A stretch of DNA of 62,803 nt, counting the filler, from Craspedostauros australis (lineage: Eukaryota), in NCBI GenBank assembly GCA_030167865.1. It is 12 parts of 12 records of this genome, joined end to end, with 100 filler letters (N's around TTAATTAATTAA, not from the genome) between each part and the next. Parts side by side here need not be neighbours in the genome. Positions count along the whole stretch, not along the records: positions 20,630 to 33,491 come from JALAGF010006041.1; positions 33,592 to 35,745 come from JALAGF010006042.1; positions 35,846 to 39,783 come from JALAGF010006043.1; 9 more parts are not named here. One strand, 5' to 3'. A model generated the notes under the pieces. It was not told where the DNA came from and made no database searches. It saw only the letters and a list, made by a program, of their open reading frames with translations. Both the position numbers and the translations under genes were made by a program. This document shows, piece after piece, positions 24,835 to 37,035 of this stretch (positions are counted from its first letter, which is position 1; every line of letters starts with the position of its first letter).

Positions 24835-27800
24835 ATGTCGCAAGAAGAGAGCATTGGCGCAGCAGACTCAGCTGCGTTCGCAGTCACTCCAGACGCAAGC
24901 CGGGCGGAGAGAGTCCAGCAGACGCTGGATGGCCTTTCGATCGAAGACAAGCTGTCATTGATCAGCGGTGCATCCATCTGGACCTTGCGCAGCGACATCT
25001 TGCAGCCACCACAACAGCAGCAACCGCTGCCAACGCTGCGACTGTCGGATGGCCCGCACGGATTGCGCAAGACGGTCACGGAGGAGTCGATGCAGAGCCA
25101 CCCGGCAACCTGCTTTCCCACCGGATCGGCTCTGGCCGCAACATGGAACGCGGAACTGATGGAGACCGCCGTGGGAAACGCGCTTGCCAAGGAATGCGAG
25201 CATCACGGCGTCCATGTCCTGCTCGGACCAGCCATGAACATACAGCGCCATCCATGCTGCGGACGGACGTTCGAATATCTGTCCGAGGATCCCATCGTGA
25301 GCGGGAAGATCGCGGCCGCCTTGGTGAGAGGCATACAATCCACAGGCAAGGTCGGGGCCTGCCTCAAGCACGTCTGCGTCAACCATCAGGAGCATCGGCG
25401 TTTCGTGGTGTCGACGGTTGTCGACGAGCGAACGCTGCGGGAAATCTACTTGAAGGCGTACGAGGTTGCGATTTGTGGATCGACTGTGGGCAGCAGCGAT
25501 GGTAACGTCAGCGCCATTGACATGTTTGGCGCCAGCGGAAACGAAGGGCCAGACCAAGGAAGTCGCGCATTGTTTCGTTCACAACCGCAGCAGCAGCACC
25601 GACAACAACCGTGGGCGCTCATGTGCGCGTACAACAAACTGAATGGCACCTACTGCAGCGAGCACCGGTGGCTGTTCCAGGAGTTGATTCGGAATCAATG
25701 GAAGTTCGCCGGTATCGTCGTCACGGATTGGGGCGCGACCAACCATCGTGTCAACGGAATCCAGGCAGGTATCGACTTGGAAATGCCGGGCAGCCACGGG
25801 GTCCATGATGCGCACATCCAAAAGGCATTGCGTGTCGGGCAGATTCAGCCCCAGCAACTCGACGAATGCGTGTCTCGTATCATTGATCTTCATTTCAAGG
25901 TCTGGGATGCCTGCGAGTCCAATGTCGGTAGTGATGACGGTAGTGATGACGCGCAGCGAACGAGTGCCGACAGCAACGAGCATGTCGATGATGTCAACAG
26001 CGAGCATTCCGATGATGGAAAAGAGAGGACCGGCGACGGCAGCACTTCGAGCCTTGCCGAAAACGACAAGGAAAGCGAGATCCCATCCAACAAGTCCATG
26101 CTCGACAAGCATCATCAAATTGCCTACCGAGTGGCGTTGGAGGCTCCGGTCTTGCTGAAGAACAGCCCGATCAGCAGCCGAGGTCTCTCCGCAAATCGCA
26201 AATCGTCTACCAAACCGGTGCTTCCATTTGCGCACGACAGATCGCTGGCTGTCATTGGCGAATTCGCCAAGTGCCCTCGCCTGCAAGGCATGGGGAGCAG
26301 CCAGGTCAATCCGTACCGAACCGACTCCGTCTGGGATAGCATCATTGGCTCTTCATTTGCCATCAACGTGTCGTATGCCCGCGGTTACAGTGCGGATGAC
26401 CCTGGCACTAAGATCCGCCCCAGCGAAATCGACGAGGCTCGGCAGATGGCGGAGGGAGCGGATCAAGTTCTGCTGATGGTCGGCCTTCCTGATATTTGTG
26501 AGTCGGAGGCATACGACAGGACGAGCTGGGATCTTCCGTTGCACCACCTTGCTCTCATCGATGCGGTGTTGCAGGCCAATCCAAACACCGCAGTGGTTAT
26601 CGTGAGCGGCAGCCCGACCATCATGTCACCTTGGATACACAAGGCCGCGTCAGTCGTCCAAAGTTTCCTCCTTGGACAGGCCGGCGGGAAAGCGTTGGTG
26701 GACTTGCTGTTCGGCAAGGAATCATTCAGCGGGAAGTTGGCCATGACGTTTCCAACACCGCAAGGCGTGCACGACGTACCCGCGTACCAGGACTTCCCTG
26801 GACATGACCAGGTGGAGTACCGCGAAGGCCTGCATGTGGGATACCGTCGGTATTGTTGCACGCCGTTGTCGAACGTCCAGAATCATCCACACTCTTCGCA
26901 GACCGACATGAGAAGGATGCAGCGGTACACCAGCGAGGTTCAATTTCCATTTGGACACGGGCTGTCCTACACGACCTTCGACTACTCGAGCATGAGGCTC
27001 AACGTGACCCATGATGAAGACGAGCACAAGCGCGTCGATCTCTCATTCTGTCTGTCAAACACGGGGAGCATGAGCGCCGCCGAGACGTGGCAACTGTACG
27101 TGAAGAAGCCAGGCACGTCGACGGTGGATCACCCGGATCTCGAATTGAAGGATTTTGGCAAGGTGAAGCTGCGGCCGAGGGAAAGCAGGGAGATCTCGAT
27201 CATTGCGGGAATTGACTGTTTCTCTTTCTGGGATGTCGGCCACCAAGCGTGGATCGTGGAACCGGGAGAGTACACGATCATGATCGGTGCTTCGTCGCAG
27301 GACATGCGCTTGGTTGGGACAGTGCGTTTCATCCATGGGCGCCAACCCAGCAGCGAAGCGCAGATCTCGCATCCACCACGCAAGCTCCTTTCATCCGAGA
27401 TCGTTCGCGACCACACAAGCAACAGGTCTTTTCAGCAGATGCTGGGACCGAACCTGGCCTTCCTGGCATCGTCAACTATCGCCGCAAAGGCTTTTCCCTT
27501 CCTGACGACCACCGCAGCCACGACGACCGCATCCGCTGTGGCGCCCTTCCACAGGAATTCGCTCCTTTGCGAAATCTCGAAACGATCATGGATCGGATAC
27601 TGCTTTTCCAGTATGGTGTACGGATCAGTGTGGTTCAAGCTGAAGGTCTGGAGAGATCCGGGGCTGGGCATGGTTGCTAGAGCGATGACGAATGATATGC
27701 CGCTTCGGGGCATCGTGCTGTTCAGCAGCGGCAACCTCTCATTCAACATGATCGATGGAATAATCGATGCGTTGAATGGCCATTGGATCCAGTTGTTTCG

Positions 27801-27864
27801 GAGATGTTGGCGGGGACTGACCACTGCGCCTGGCGATGTTCAAGGCAGCGGCAGCAGCAGTTGA
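24835..27864 (+). CDS. Glycoside hydrolase family 3 beta-glucosidase (GH3_N, GH3_C, Fn3-like), intronless
   Basis: LSDGPHGLRK, ATCFPTGSALAATWN, GRTFEYLSEDP, CLKH, MCAYNK, VVTDWGA (nucleophile Asp), DLEMPG, YREGLHVGYR and FPFGHGLSYTTF. An upstream ATG at 24679 is also possible. Confidence 0.95.
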   Translation: MSQEESIGAADSAAFAVTPDASRAERVQQTLDGLSIEDKLSLISGASIWTLRSDILQPPQQQQPLPTLRLSDGPHGLRKTVTEESMQSHPATCFPTGSALAATWNAELMETAVGNALAKECEHHGVHVLLGPAMNIQRHPCCGRTFEYLSEDPIVSGKIAAALVRGIQSTGKVGACLKHVCVNHQEHRRFVVSTVVDERTLREIYLKAYEVAICGSTVGSSDGNVSAIDMFGASGNEGPDQGSRALFRSQPQQQHRQQPWALMCAYNKLNGTYCSEHRWLFQELIRNQWKFAGIVVTDWGATNHRVNGIQAGIDLEMPGSHGVHDAHIQKALRVGQIQPQQLDECVSRIIDLHFKVWDACESNVGSDDGSDDAQRTSADSNEHVDDVNSEHSDDGKERTGDGSTSSLAENDKESEIPSNKSMLDKHHQIAYRVALEAPVLLKNSPISSRGLSANRKSSTKPVLPFAHDRSLAVIGEFAKCPRLQGMGSSQVNPYRTDSVWDSIIGSSFAINVSYARGYSADDPGTKIRPSEIDEARQMAEGADQVLLMVGLPDICESEAYDRTSWDLPLHHLALIDAVLQANPNTAVVIVSGSPTIMSPWIHKAASVVQSFLLGQAGGKALVDLLFGKESFSGKLAMTFPTPQGVHDVPAYQDFPGHDQVEYREGLHVGYRRYCCTPLSNVQNHPHSSQTDMRRMQRYTSEVQFPFGHGLSYTTFDYSSMRLNVTHDEDEHKRVDLSFCLSNTGSMSAAETWQLYVKKPGTSTVDHPDLELKDFGKVKLRPRESREISIIAGIDCFSFWDVGHQAWIVEPGEYTIMIGASSQDMRLVGTVRFIHGRQPSSEAQISHPPRKLLSSEIVRDHTSNRSFQQMLGPNLAFLASSTIAAKAFPFLTTTAATTTASAVAPFHRNSLLCEISKRSWIGYCFSSMVYGSVWFKLKVWRDPGLGMVARAMTNDMPLRGIVLFSSGNLSFNMIDGIIDALNGHWIQLFRRCWRGLTTAPGDVQGSGSSS

Positions 27865-27958
27865 GTGGCATACTACGAGTGTGCACATATAATATATTAT
27901 AATGGTGTACATTGTGTGTGATGCATTATACTGCGGACCCTTCTCAATGCTATTGGAG

Positions 27959-29377
27959 TTATGTTTCGTGGCACGAGTACTCGTACGCTGCATTCCCAAA
28001 CATGAGGAAAGTGAGCGAGATCATGATGTGGTACAGACAGTAGCCAGTCATTCCGAACAGTCGATCCATCAACTCGAGCCGGATCTTCCAGACTTGGTCC
28101 TGCAGCTGTGACATCGTGCAGGACGTGTTGTCCACAACGAAGTGTGACAATCTCATCTTGAGATCCAATGGATACTGGCTGTCCATGCGTTGCAAGCATT
28201 CCTGCTCGGATATGTCTGGATCTCTTGCCTGCAACCGTCGGTACTGGATGTCGCGATCGGTGATGGCAACGCAGAGGACGACGCCCGAAAACAAATGCCG
28301 CAGCATGCCGGATTCGTACAACAGCGGGATGTCGACGACGGTCAAGTTTTGATGCCTTGTGCAGAAGCAATTCCAAAGTACGTTCTGGAAGATGACCGAC
28401 AGAATCTGGGGATGCGTGATGCCGTTGAGACGTCGACGCAGGGATCGATCTGCAAACACGATGGCGCCCAATTTGCGACGGTCAATGAGTTTTGGAGCCG
28501 CGGTCTGCGTGCTTGTTTTGGGGTTTGCAGTATCATTGTCACCGACGGCGCCGTTGTCGCTGTCGTTGGCATCGTACAGGATGTCATGTCCTTCGAACGC
28601 TTTCAACAGCTTCCTGTAAACGGAATGATGTGGTTTCACGATGTAGGGCCCTTTGTCGTCGACGTCGCTGCTGTTGGCTGCCCGCGATGCAACGACGCTC
28701 TGTTGCAATTCCTCCGATGGCAGCAGGATCTCATGCGAGATGGAATCCGCGCAGATGATGGTGACCTGCGATCCAGCGAAAGCAGCCGCGTCGGCAGTAT
28801 CATTCGTGTTGTGACACAGCATCTTCGTGACGGTGGATTTGCCACAGGCGATGCCACCCGTCAAGCATATCGGCATGTAGGATTCTCCAAAGTACATGCC
28901 GACGGAAAGCAGGAGCATCCGCAAGGCGCAGCAAACGTATCGGAGTGCGAGGTTGTATTGGTGCGGCGTGGAGTCGGAGATGGATGCTGCGTCATCTTGA
29001 CATTGCGATGCAAGGCCGTACATCTGAACGAGCCAGCCAACGACGCTGCTGCTGCCGCTTGGTTGCATCGCATGCTGCTCATGCTGCGCAGCTGCTGCCG
29101 CATCGTCTGTCCAAACCCAGCATCGCAAGGACGCCATCAGCAGCCGGACCAGGACGGAGCTGAGGACGGCCTGGAGGAAGGTCGTCCAGTACTTGGACGG
29201 AATGTACTGCTTTGCTGGGTTCCATTTCGCGCAGAGTCGAACGGCAACCACCCCGATCCAAAATCCAGCGGGTATCAGCAGCAGAATGCCAGCAACGATC
29301 TCCTCCAGCAGCCTGCGTTGTGCTTCAGAGGCTCGCGAGTGTGCATGATGGGAGTCTTCGGTGCCTGTGGCAGCCAT
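27959..29377 (-). CDS. coaE: Dephospho-CoA kinase with N-terminal transmembrane segments
   Basis: P-loop LTGGIACGKSTV, ICADSISHEIL, IDRRKLGAIVF, LNGITHP and VVDIPLLYE. Confidence 0.92.
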   Translation of the reverse strand: MAATGTEDSHHAHSRASEAQRRLLEEIVAGILLLIPAGFWIGVVAVRLCAKWNPAKQYIPSKYWTTFLQAVLSSVLVRLLMASLRCWVWTDDAAAAAQHEQHAMQPSGSSSVVGWLVQMYGLASQCQDDAASISDSTPHQYNLALRYVCCALRMLLLSVGMYFGESYMPICLTGGIACGKSTVTKMLCHNTNDTADAAAFAGSQVTIICADSISHEILLPSEELQQSVVASRAANSSDVDDKGPYIVKPHHSVYRKLLKAFEGHDILYDANDSDNGAVGDNDTANPKTSTQTAAPKLIDRRKLGAIVFADRSLRRRLNGITHPQILSVIFQNVLWNCFCTRHQNLTVVDIPLLYESGMLRHLFSGVVLCVAITDRDIQYRRLQARDPDISEQECLQRMDSQYPLDLKMRLSHFVVDNTSCTMSQLQDQVWKIRLELMDRLFGMTGYCLYHIMISLTFLMFGNAAYEYSCHET

Positions 29378-30828
29378 TGTGTCACATCGGCTATTCGCAG
29401 TGTCTGCTCACAGTGTCTGGCCTGAATGATGGCGTTGCTTTGTCCGTAGTGCGAGCTAGTTGATCCTTCGTTGTTGGCTGGTGTGTTGTCGTCGTCGTCG
29501 TCGTCGTACGAGTATGGTACTTTGACGATCTATCAGTACGACTAGACGTACGTGTGCGGCCGACGATCTGTGCATCGACTGATGAATCTCCAGCGAGGTG
29601 GATTGTGCCGTCCTGTTTGTGTTGCTGCCGCAACGTGTTTGGCGTTTGGTGTTTGATGTTTGATGTTTGATGTTGCCCCCTCCAACGGTCGCTGATGTGC
29701 ACCAAAAGCGACAACCACAACGATCTGTTGGATCTTTAGTCCCGAGCCTCAATTCGTGTGGTGACGCAATAGCTTCCGAGATAACGACTCCCTGTGGTAT
29801 CTTCTTCCACCAATCAGAGAGTTCCATTGATACTCGCACAAGGACAACTTCCAGAATCTTGTGATGCGATGTGACAGCTTAGCTGTTGCGTCCATTCTCC
29901 CAAATGAAGGGGTTGCGCCCTGTTTTCGTTCTTGTGTGGGTTCACGCGTCATCAATCGTGCGTCCATATATACTGGCCAGTTCGCGAATGTCGCATGTCA
30001 ATTCACGATCAACAAGTGCGCGCTGGCTTATATAATGCGAATGACCCGGCGCAGGGTTTTCTCACCATTTTATCGGGCAAGGCGAGCACACGCACGACGA
30101 GTGAGTGTGACAAATTATCCTACCACTCACGGACTCGCAAAGCGCGAAATCCCTGCGGCAACCTTGTGGCTGTGCGAAAGGTGACGAAATAACGGAGGAA
30201 GAAACGAAATTCATCAACGGGCATAAGAAGTTTATCATCGGACACGAAACCAGAATGGAGGAGTGCACCAGCCTCCCACCCAAAGCGAAGCGAAACGACC
30301 ATCCAGTGGATTGGAAGCGTTTTTTGTTTTTCCAGTGATGTCTTGTGCGATGGTTGCGATTGCTATTTCTGCGGGCGTTTTGGATGGTCCTCACACTACT
30401 GCTTCTGCGATGCTGCCAGCACGGCAGCTCGTTGTGCCTGTGGCGGAGGGAAGGGGTTGTTTGCCCTCGGCGGTGGAGCGTTGTGACGGAATTACCACAG
30501 AGGGGGGCTTGGTTTAAAACGTATTTGGGGTTGAAATGCCGCTTCACAAATCCACGGAGAGCAGGAATCTGCCAAGGAGCCAGCCGACGATTCTCATTCT
30601 CGTCAATGTGCGTGGGTCATCGCGCATCGGATGGCACCTTGCACTTGGCGAATTGTCCATTGTGCACAGAGCTATCGGAATCACACAGGGTCACAACACG
30701 GGCGCAAACTGCTTCGGGGCCGTTGTCGGTCTCACTGCAGCAGTCTCTTCGCAACTTCTCTCATTTTCGGAATCCAAACAAACATTGCAACAGCAACCAA
30801 CACAAGCACGATAGCGATAGCGATAGCC

Positions 30829-31920
30829 ATGACGACAACAAATCGCTGCCAGCGACCAGCACGCGGCAACATGTCGTTGCTGTTGGTGTTGACGATCGTG
30901 ATCTCGGCGTTGCTGCTCAACACCGAAGTGGCGGAAGCAGCCAGGCTGCGCTCCACGAGACCCTCTTCCAACCAGTACGCGCAACAGCAGCAACAACAAC
31001 AACAGCAACAACAACAGGTAGCAGCTCCGTCCAAGACATGGCCGCACCGCACCATCGTGCTGGAGCCCAACATGCCGGGAGGCGACGAAGATGACCCACG
31101 TGTGAAGCGCGGTCATCAGCAGGCAGAGGATCAGCAGCAGCAGCAGCAGAATGGCGCTACACAATCACCCATGATTCAGATCTCATCGGTCCAGATGGTG
31201 GATGTCGGTGACCTCGTTCTGGTTGGAGAAGGACATGACGTTCATGTCACTTCATCAGGAATGATCATCATGGAAGGCAACGAGGCCTCCTTCCACGTGC
31301 GCCAAGGCGATATGTACCTGGAAGGTCTGCTCAACGTCGTCCTGGAGGAGCATGGAACGGACAACTCCATCCTGATCCAAGGCGAGCTGGTTCTGGAGTC
31401 CTCCAGAGCACGGTTCAGCATCGACGCATCCTCCTTCGTTGGCCCAAAGCCAACCCAGGCGGACCAGGACAACGTGGTGTTGTCGATGGTGCGATACACA
31501 TCGCACCGTGGATCCTTCGGACTGGACCAGGTCGTCATCATGGGGCTGCATCCTGAATGGTCGGCCGAGGTCGTCACCAGCGACAGTGCCTTGGAGTTGA
31601 TGCTATCGAGAACACCATCCAGCAAGCGCGGTCAGAGCGACCAGCAGCAGCAGCAAAAGTCAGATGAAGCCCTCTCTTCTGCTGATCCGTCGCCTAGCGA
31701 GGGAAAGGCAAGCGATAACCACCACCAGACCCAGCTGTCGAATAACGTGAGCAACAACGGCAACAACAACAACAGCAGCAGTAGCACTGCCATCCATGGA
31801 GATGAGACATCGGCATTTGCAACAACAGAAGAGAGCGCCGTCGACTTTCGAACGGCATACCTCATGTACAGCCAAACCAGCCAGCAAGATACCATGCGCA
31901 GATTCCAGACTTTCGATTGA
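30829..31920 (+). CDS. Secreted hypothetical protein with poly-Q tracts and a beta-rich central domain
   Basis: Hydrophobic signal MSLLLVLTIVISALLLNTEVAEA (alternative ATG at 30871); long open frame. Confidence 0.7.
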   Translation: MTTTNRCQRPARGNMSLLLVLTIVISALLLNTEVAEAARLRSTRPSSNQYAQQQQQQQQQQQQVAAPSKTWPHRTIVLEPNMPGGDEDDPRVKRGHQQAEDQQQQQQNGATQSPMIQISSVQMVDVGDLVLVGEGHDVHVTSSGMIIMEGNEASFHVRQGDMYLEGLLNVVLEEHGTDNSILIQGELVLESSRARFSIDASSFVGPKPTQADQDNVVLSMVRYTSHRGSFGLDQVVIMGLHPEWSAEVVTSDSALELMLSRTPSSKRGQSDQQQQQKSDEALSSADPSPSEGKASDNHHQTQLSNNVSNNGNNNNSSSSTAIHGDETSAFATTEESAVDFRTAYLMYSQTSQQDTMRRFQTFD

Positions 31921-34900
31921 GGTTGACATTGGATGTCAACCGGGATCGGATTCTGGAATCAGCGCAACGGGGAGAGCGATGTCGGTCACAAGCAAGCCTG
32001 CATGCATGCAATAACAGAAGGGTGTGGGAGCAACATCAAACAAATGCGCAGGTACGCAAATGGGCAGGTACACAGGGACTTGTCTTCACCAAGGCAAGTA
32101 ACATCAAAAGTATAGTACAATAGATCAGAATAGAAAAGTGCTCCTAGCTCGCATAGAGCTAACAGTCTCTCGTCGCATAACTTCACGCCGCGTGTTTCTA
32201 CAACGCTTCCCTCCTTCCTATCCTGCCCTCGATTTGGCAGAGCAATGTCACCCATCTCTTTGGGACGGTCGAAACAATCCCTTGCCTCTCCATTGTGCTT
32301 TGGTTCGACATTGCCGGATCGTCCATCATTGCGACAAAACCAACCAGGGAGGAGAATGACAGAGGCGGCCAGCCGGTCACAAGCGAAACTGGCAAAGTGC
32401 GCACTCGTGTCCATGCATCTTTCTCACCAATTAACCAAGGGTGCAATGGTGCGCACTCACACCAAATAATTCGCGTAGTCGCAGAGCATGGGAGGAATTG
32501 AGAGCAGACTGCAGCTATGCGCCATCCTCCAAGATTCGTTGGATTGCTTCACATCCTTGGGGCAGCCTGCGGAGACCAACACAATTTGTCGGAGCAGAGT
32601 CTCGGCATTTTGCCGAACGCACGCATCTGCTCTCCTCAACATCACCCACCACAATCACCACCGTTGGCAGAACCGCGGAGTTTAAATTCGCTTCTGTTCT
32701 CCAATTTGTGTGACCCGCTGATGCCGATGGTGTGAAGGAATTGCCTGGGAGGCGCGGTAATCCCCAGGAATGGCAGCAGTGGCTCCATTGTTCCATTTTT
32801 GGTAAATTTGACAAGGTTAGCCAAGTTGATGTTGGTTTGGATCATTCGTGTAGCTTTCCAAATCGTCTTGGCATTCGCTGCAAGCCCGGAAACGGTTGGA
32901 GACTCGTTGGCGTTTCACTGAAAAGCACTTTTTCGGGTCACGCATCGATCAGTCACGCCCACTATAGTCAAGCAAGTCATCTCATGCAAACGCCACGGAT
33001 AAATAGTACTTCCTTTGTTCCTTTCGAACCTTGCGCGAAGACTCGACAGATTTCTGGGAAATTCGCTTTCGATGAATTGCTTTGGTGCTTCCGAGTTCGT
33101 CCACGCCTCTTTTGCGTCCCGCTCCGGCTTCATGTTCCGTTTTGTGTGTTGTTGCATGATGCATCACAACAACAGGCAGCAGCCTCCTCATCTCCCTTGC
33201 ACCACACACATTTACTGTGCATCCTGATGTTGATGCAATCCACGCTATTGAGTTGTCTGTTTGTCTGACTACTAGTAGTAGTATTAGCAGGATTATTATG
33301 CTTAGTAGTGTATTAGTAGTGGTAGTAGTAGTGCCAGTGGCGGTAGTAGTTGTGGTGGTAGTGATAGTTGTAGTATGCTTGTCTGTTCAACACGACCTCA
33401 CACACGAGATGATGTCGCGTTGCACGACACGTTTGACGCAAGTGTCAGCAGGAGCGCCTCTGGAACCCAAAAGAAGCCACGCTTCATTCCCNNNNNNNNN
33501 NNNNNNNNNNNNNNNNNNNNNNNNNNNNNNNNNNNTTAATTAATTAANNNNNNNNNNNNNNNNNNNNNNNNNNNNNNNNNNNNNNNNNNNNTCGCAATTG
33601 ACATTTTACATGCACAAATGGTCGAGTTACTGTACAGTTTGATGCGTAGCTCACAGTACTGCCACACACAGGATCGCATGATATCCAGATCCATCGATAT
33701 GAGTACCTTCCAGACGGATTAGAGGCCTCAAACTTCGTGGCCGTACCCTTTGGAGTGTGCTTGGAGTGATGCGGTTAATAGAATCAAGTATGCTTGACCT
33801 TTTGCATGCACATATAACCAACACAATACACACTGCGACCGAATGGTATCACAGGAACTGACTACATGTGATCTGAATCNTNTTCCAGTTGGATGTAGAA
33901 TGTTCCAAGGTAGGNACATGCCAATGGCTGATGTCAGTATGCAATATAGCAGGTCCGACCCTCTGCTCAACAGCATTCATCAACAACATCATGAACTAGA
34001 GTACTCTACGCTGTCCAACAGGGAAATGGTTGATGTGTCGACTTCGTGGCTAAGTTATTATTTTCGAGTCTGTCGCAGTGATACGCCGGCCATTTCATTG
34101 ATCCAATCATCGTGCCAGGCACCAAAACGACCTGGTTANNNNNNNNNNNNNNNNNNNNNNNNNNNNNNNNNNNNNNNNNNNNNNNNNNGTATTGGCATGC
34201 GCGCAGATGAGCCCTATGTAACGACGCCAGTCATTTCCATTCGATATCTGCATCCGTAGATTTCGATCCTTTGCAACCCGAGTCTAGACTTCAAATTCCA
34301 TATCCGTACCCTTTGGAGTGTGCTTGGAGTGGTGGTAGTGTTGGATTGGATCGCAATTGACATTTTACATGCACAAATGGTCGAGTTACTGTACAGTTTG
34401 ATGCGTAGCTCACAGTACTGCCACACACAGGATCNCATGATATCCAGATCCATCGATATGAGTACCTTCCAGACGGATTAGAGNCCTCAAACTTCGTGGC
34501 CGTACCCTTTGGAGTGTGCTTGGAGTGATGCGGTTAATAGAATCAAGTATGCTTGACCTTTTGCATGCACATATAACCAACACAATACACACTGCGACCG
34601 AATGGTATCACAGGAACTGACTACATGTGATCTGAATCTTCTTCCAGTTGGATGTAGAATGTTCCAAGGTAGGGACATGCCAATGGCTGATGTCAGTATG
34701 CAATATAGCAGGTCCGACCTCTGCTCAACAGCATTCATCAACAACATCATGAACTAGAGTACTCTACGCTGTCCAACAGGGAAATGGTTGATGTGTCGAC
34801 TNCGTGGCTAANTTATTATTTTCGAGTCTGTCGCAGTGATACGCCGGCCATTTCATTGATCCAATCATCGTGCCAGGCACCAAAACGACCTGGTTAGTGA

Positions 34901-35105
34901 ACTTTGGCCTCAAAAACGACCTGGTTAGTGAATTTGCTCGAAAGTAATACCATTTCAATGAAAGTATTAAATTCAACGTTACCGCATATACCGTCCGTTT
35001 AACGTTCTATTAACCACCTTCTGTCGTCAAGTGCTTGACTCGATGGAGCCCACAGATGCGACAAACCGAACATGTCTGTTGGGAGCAGTCTGTACGTCGT
35101 CCAGA

Positions 35106-35211
35106 CCCACTTTCGACGTTTTTCCTGTGTCTTGCTTGTTGGTGAATTCTCTCGTGAATCCCACTTTCGACTTTTTCCGTGTCTTGCTTGTTGGTGAATT
35201 CTCTCGTGAAT
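35106..35211. repeat. Tandem duplication of ~54 bp
   Basis: CCCACTTTCGAC..GTGTCTTGCTTGTTGGTGAATTCTCTCGTGAAT occurs twice. Confidence 0.85.
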
Positions 35212-36191
35212 CTCCTGATGGAACAATCAACGAAGGAACTCACCGGTTGACAGAAACCTGAAGTGGGAGTGCGCCGACTCGCTGAAGAAGTGGCCAGTGG
35301 CTCAGCGAGATGCGCCGTAAGGAACAGATTGCTCTGCACAACGATGCTTACCGCACGAGCTTTCGCCTTCCCAACTGCTCGCAATTTCAGTCCGAGGGCG
35401 AACAGCTTCACAAATCAAGCAATGCAGCAAGATCAAAGCAACCGCAACACCCGCATCACATCTGCTAACGCTCCTTCGCATCAACAGCATATCCCAACAT
35501 GAGTATCCCATCGCCACCCTCCAACATCAACCCCGCCATTGCTGCCGATGATATCGAAGCCAGCATCGTCAACGTCATCACCACTGAGCATGAAATCATC
35601 CACCAATCCATAAAGGAGAAGTCTTTCATCGACCATATCAAGTTCGTCGTCGAGCTCAAGTCTGTCAGGAATCGGGGGTACGACTTTGCAAAGATACCCT
35701 ATTCTACCGCAGCTCCCATGAGGACTGACTGGAACAGGAATGGTANNNNNNNNNNNNNNNNNNNNNNNNNNNNNNNNNNNNNNNNNNNNTTAATTAATTA
35801 ANNNNNNNNNNNNNNNNNNNNNNNNNNNNNNNNNNNNNNNNNNNNTTCAATTGATACCATTATATACACATTGTTGTTGGTGATAAGGGTTGGTTGTTTT
35901 TATCCGGGAAATTTGTAGCCCCATGTGGCTCATTGTAGCCCCTTTGCGCCCCTTTTCGGCAAAAAAGCGGATAGGCAGTAGAGTTTTGGCCCCTTGTTGG
36001 CACTGGTTTGCTTGCTTTGGGGAGAAACGGTGATTGAATAGTTAGAGCTATTTTGTGTTGGCTCGCCCTGATCCGTCTTCTACGTCACAGGACGGATTCG
36101 ACGTCATGCGAAACCACTCACAACACAAGATGTGAGTGCGTCTCGCAGCACGTGGCCCTTGCTCCGCGGCACAACGCGATGGCTCCGCGGC

Positions 36192-37035
36192 TGTTGGCAA
36201 GTTCCGCTCACGGTAGCCTACGATCGTGGAAGATGGTGTTGGTTGATAGTCGTTCGTTTGCTATTTCATTAGTTGGCTACTCCGATCCTCTCGGTGTANN
36301 NNNNNNNNNNNNNNNNNNNNNNNNNNNNNNNNNNNNNNNNNNNNNNNNNNNNNNNNNNNNNNNNNNNNNNNNNNNNNNNNNNNNNNNNNNNNNNNNNNNN
36401 NNNNNNNNNNNNNNNNNNNNNNNNNNNNNNNNNNNNNNNNNNNNNNNNNNNNNNNNNNNNNNNNNNNNNNNNNNNNNNNNNNNNNNNNNNNNNNNNNNNN
36501 NNNNNNNNNNNNNNNNNNNNNNNNNNGACACTCCGTTCGTTCAGTACTGGTTCCTACTCCATGAGTACTTACCATTTGAAGTTCACCTTCTGTATCCATG
36601 ATCTTCATGGATCATCGGATCTTCGCCTCCTGTTCTGACTTGGAGACAGATGTCGACGTGGTGACATGATGACATCCTGTCGACGTCAGTAGGCGTCCTT
36701 CTGCTCTCCAGATGTCACGTTCCATTGGTGATGCAGGAGTCTGTCAGATGATATCGTCATCTAAGGTTTAGTTGGGAAGTACCTTGAGATTCTCTTGGTA
36801 CCATTGATGGATGGACGGACGATCTTCCAATTCTCTCAGAAATCGTCGATTGCAAATTTCCTCTAGAAATCTTGCTCATTTTCGTGTGTTCCATTTCCCC
36901 TGTAATTCTGACGAATCACAGCATACTATCAACACGAATATAGTTATACCGTCCAAGTGCGTATGAGAGAATAACGGGTGAACGATGCACATATACACGT
37001 ACATCTCGACATATACTCACATGTACATCTCGACA
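36192..37035 (-). mobile_element. LTR copy in reverse orientation, with an internal gap
   Basis: TGTTGGCAAG...CATCTCGACA on the plus strand; near-identical to the reverse complement of the 37598 copy. Confidence 0.88.

Noticed and set aside
33592..34897. Direct repeats of ~550 bp resembling paired LTRs
   Set aside because: They are near-identical, adjacent to gaps and full of ambiguous bases, so probably haplotype or overlap artefacts. The same applies to 1419-1538 vs 1694-1813, 37611-37704 vs 37755-37825, and 52330-52817 vs 52868-53356.
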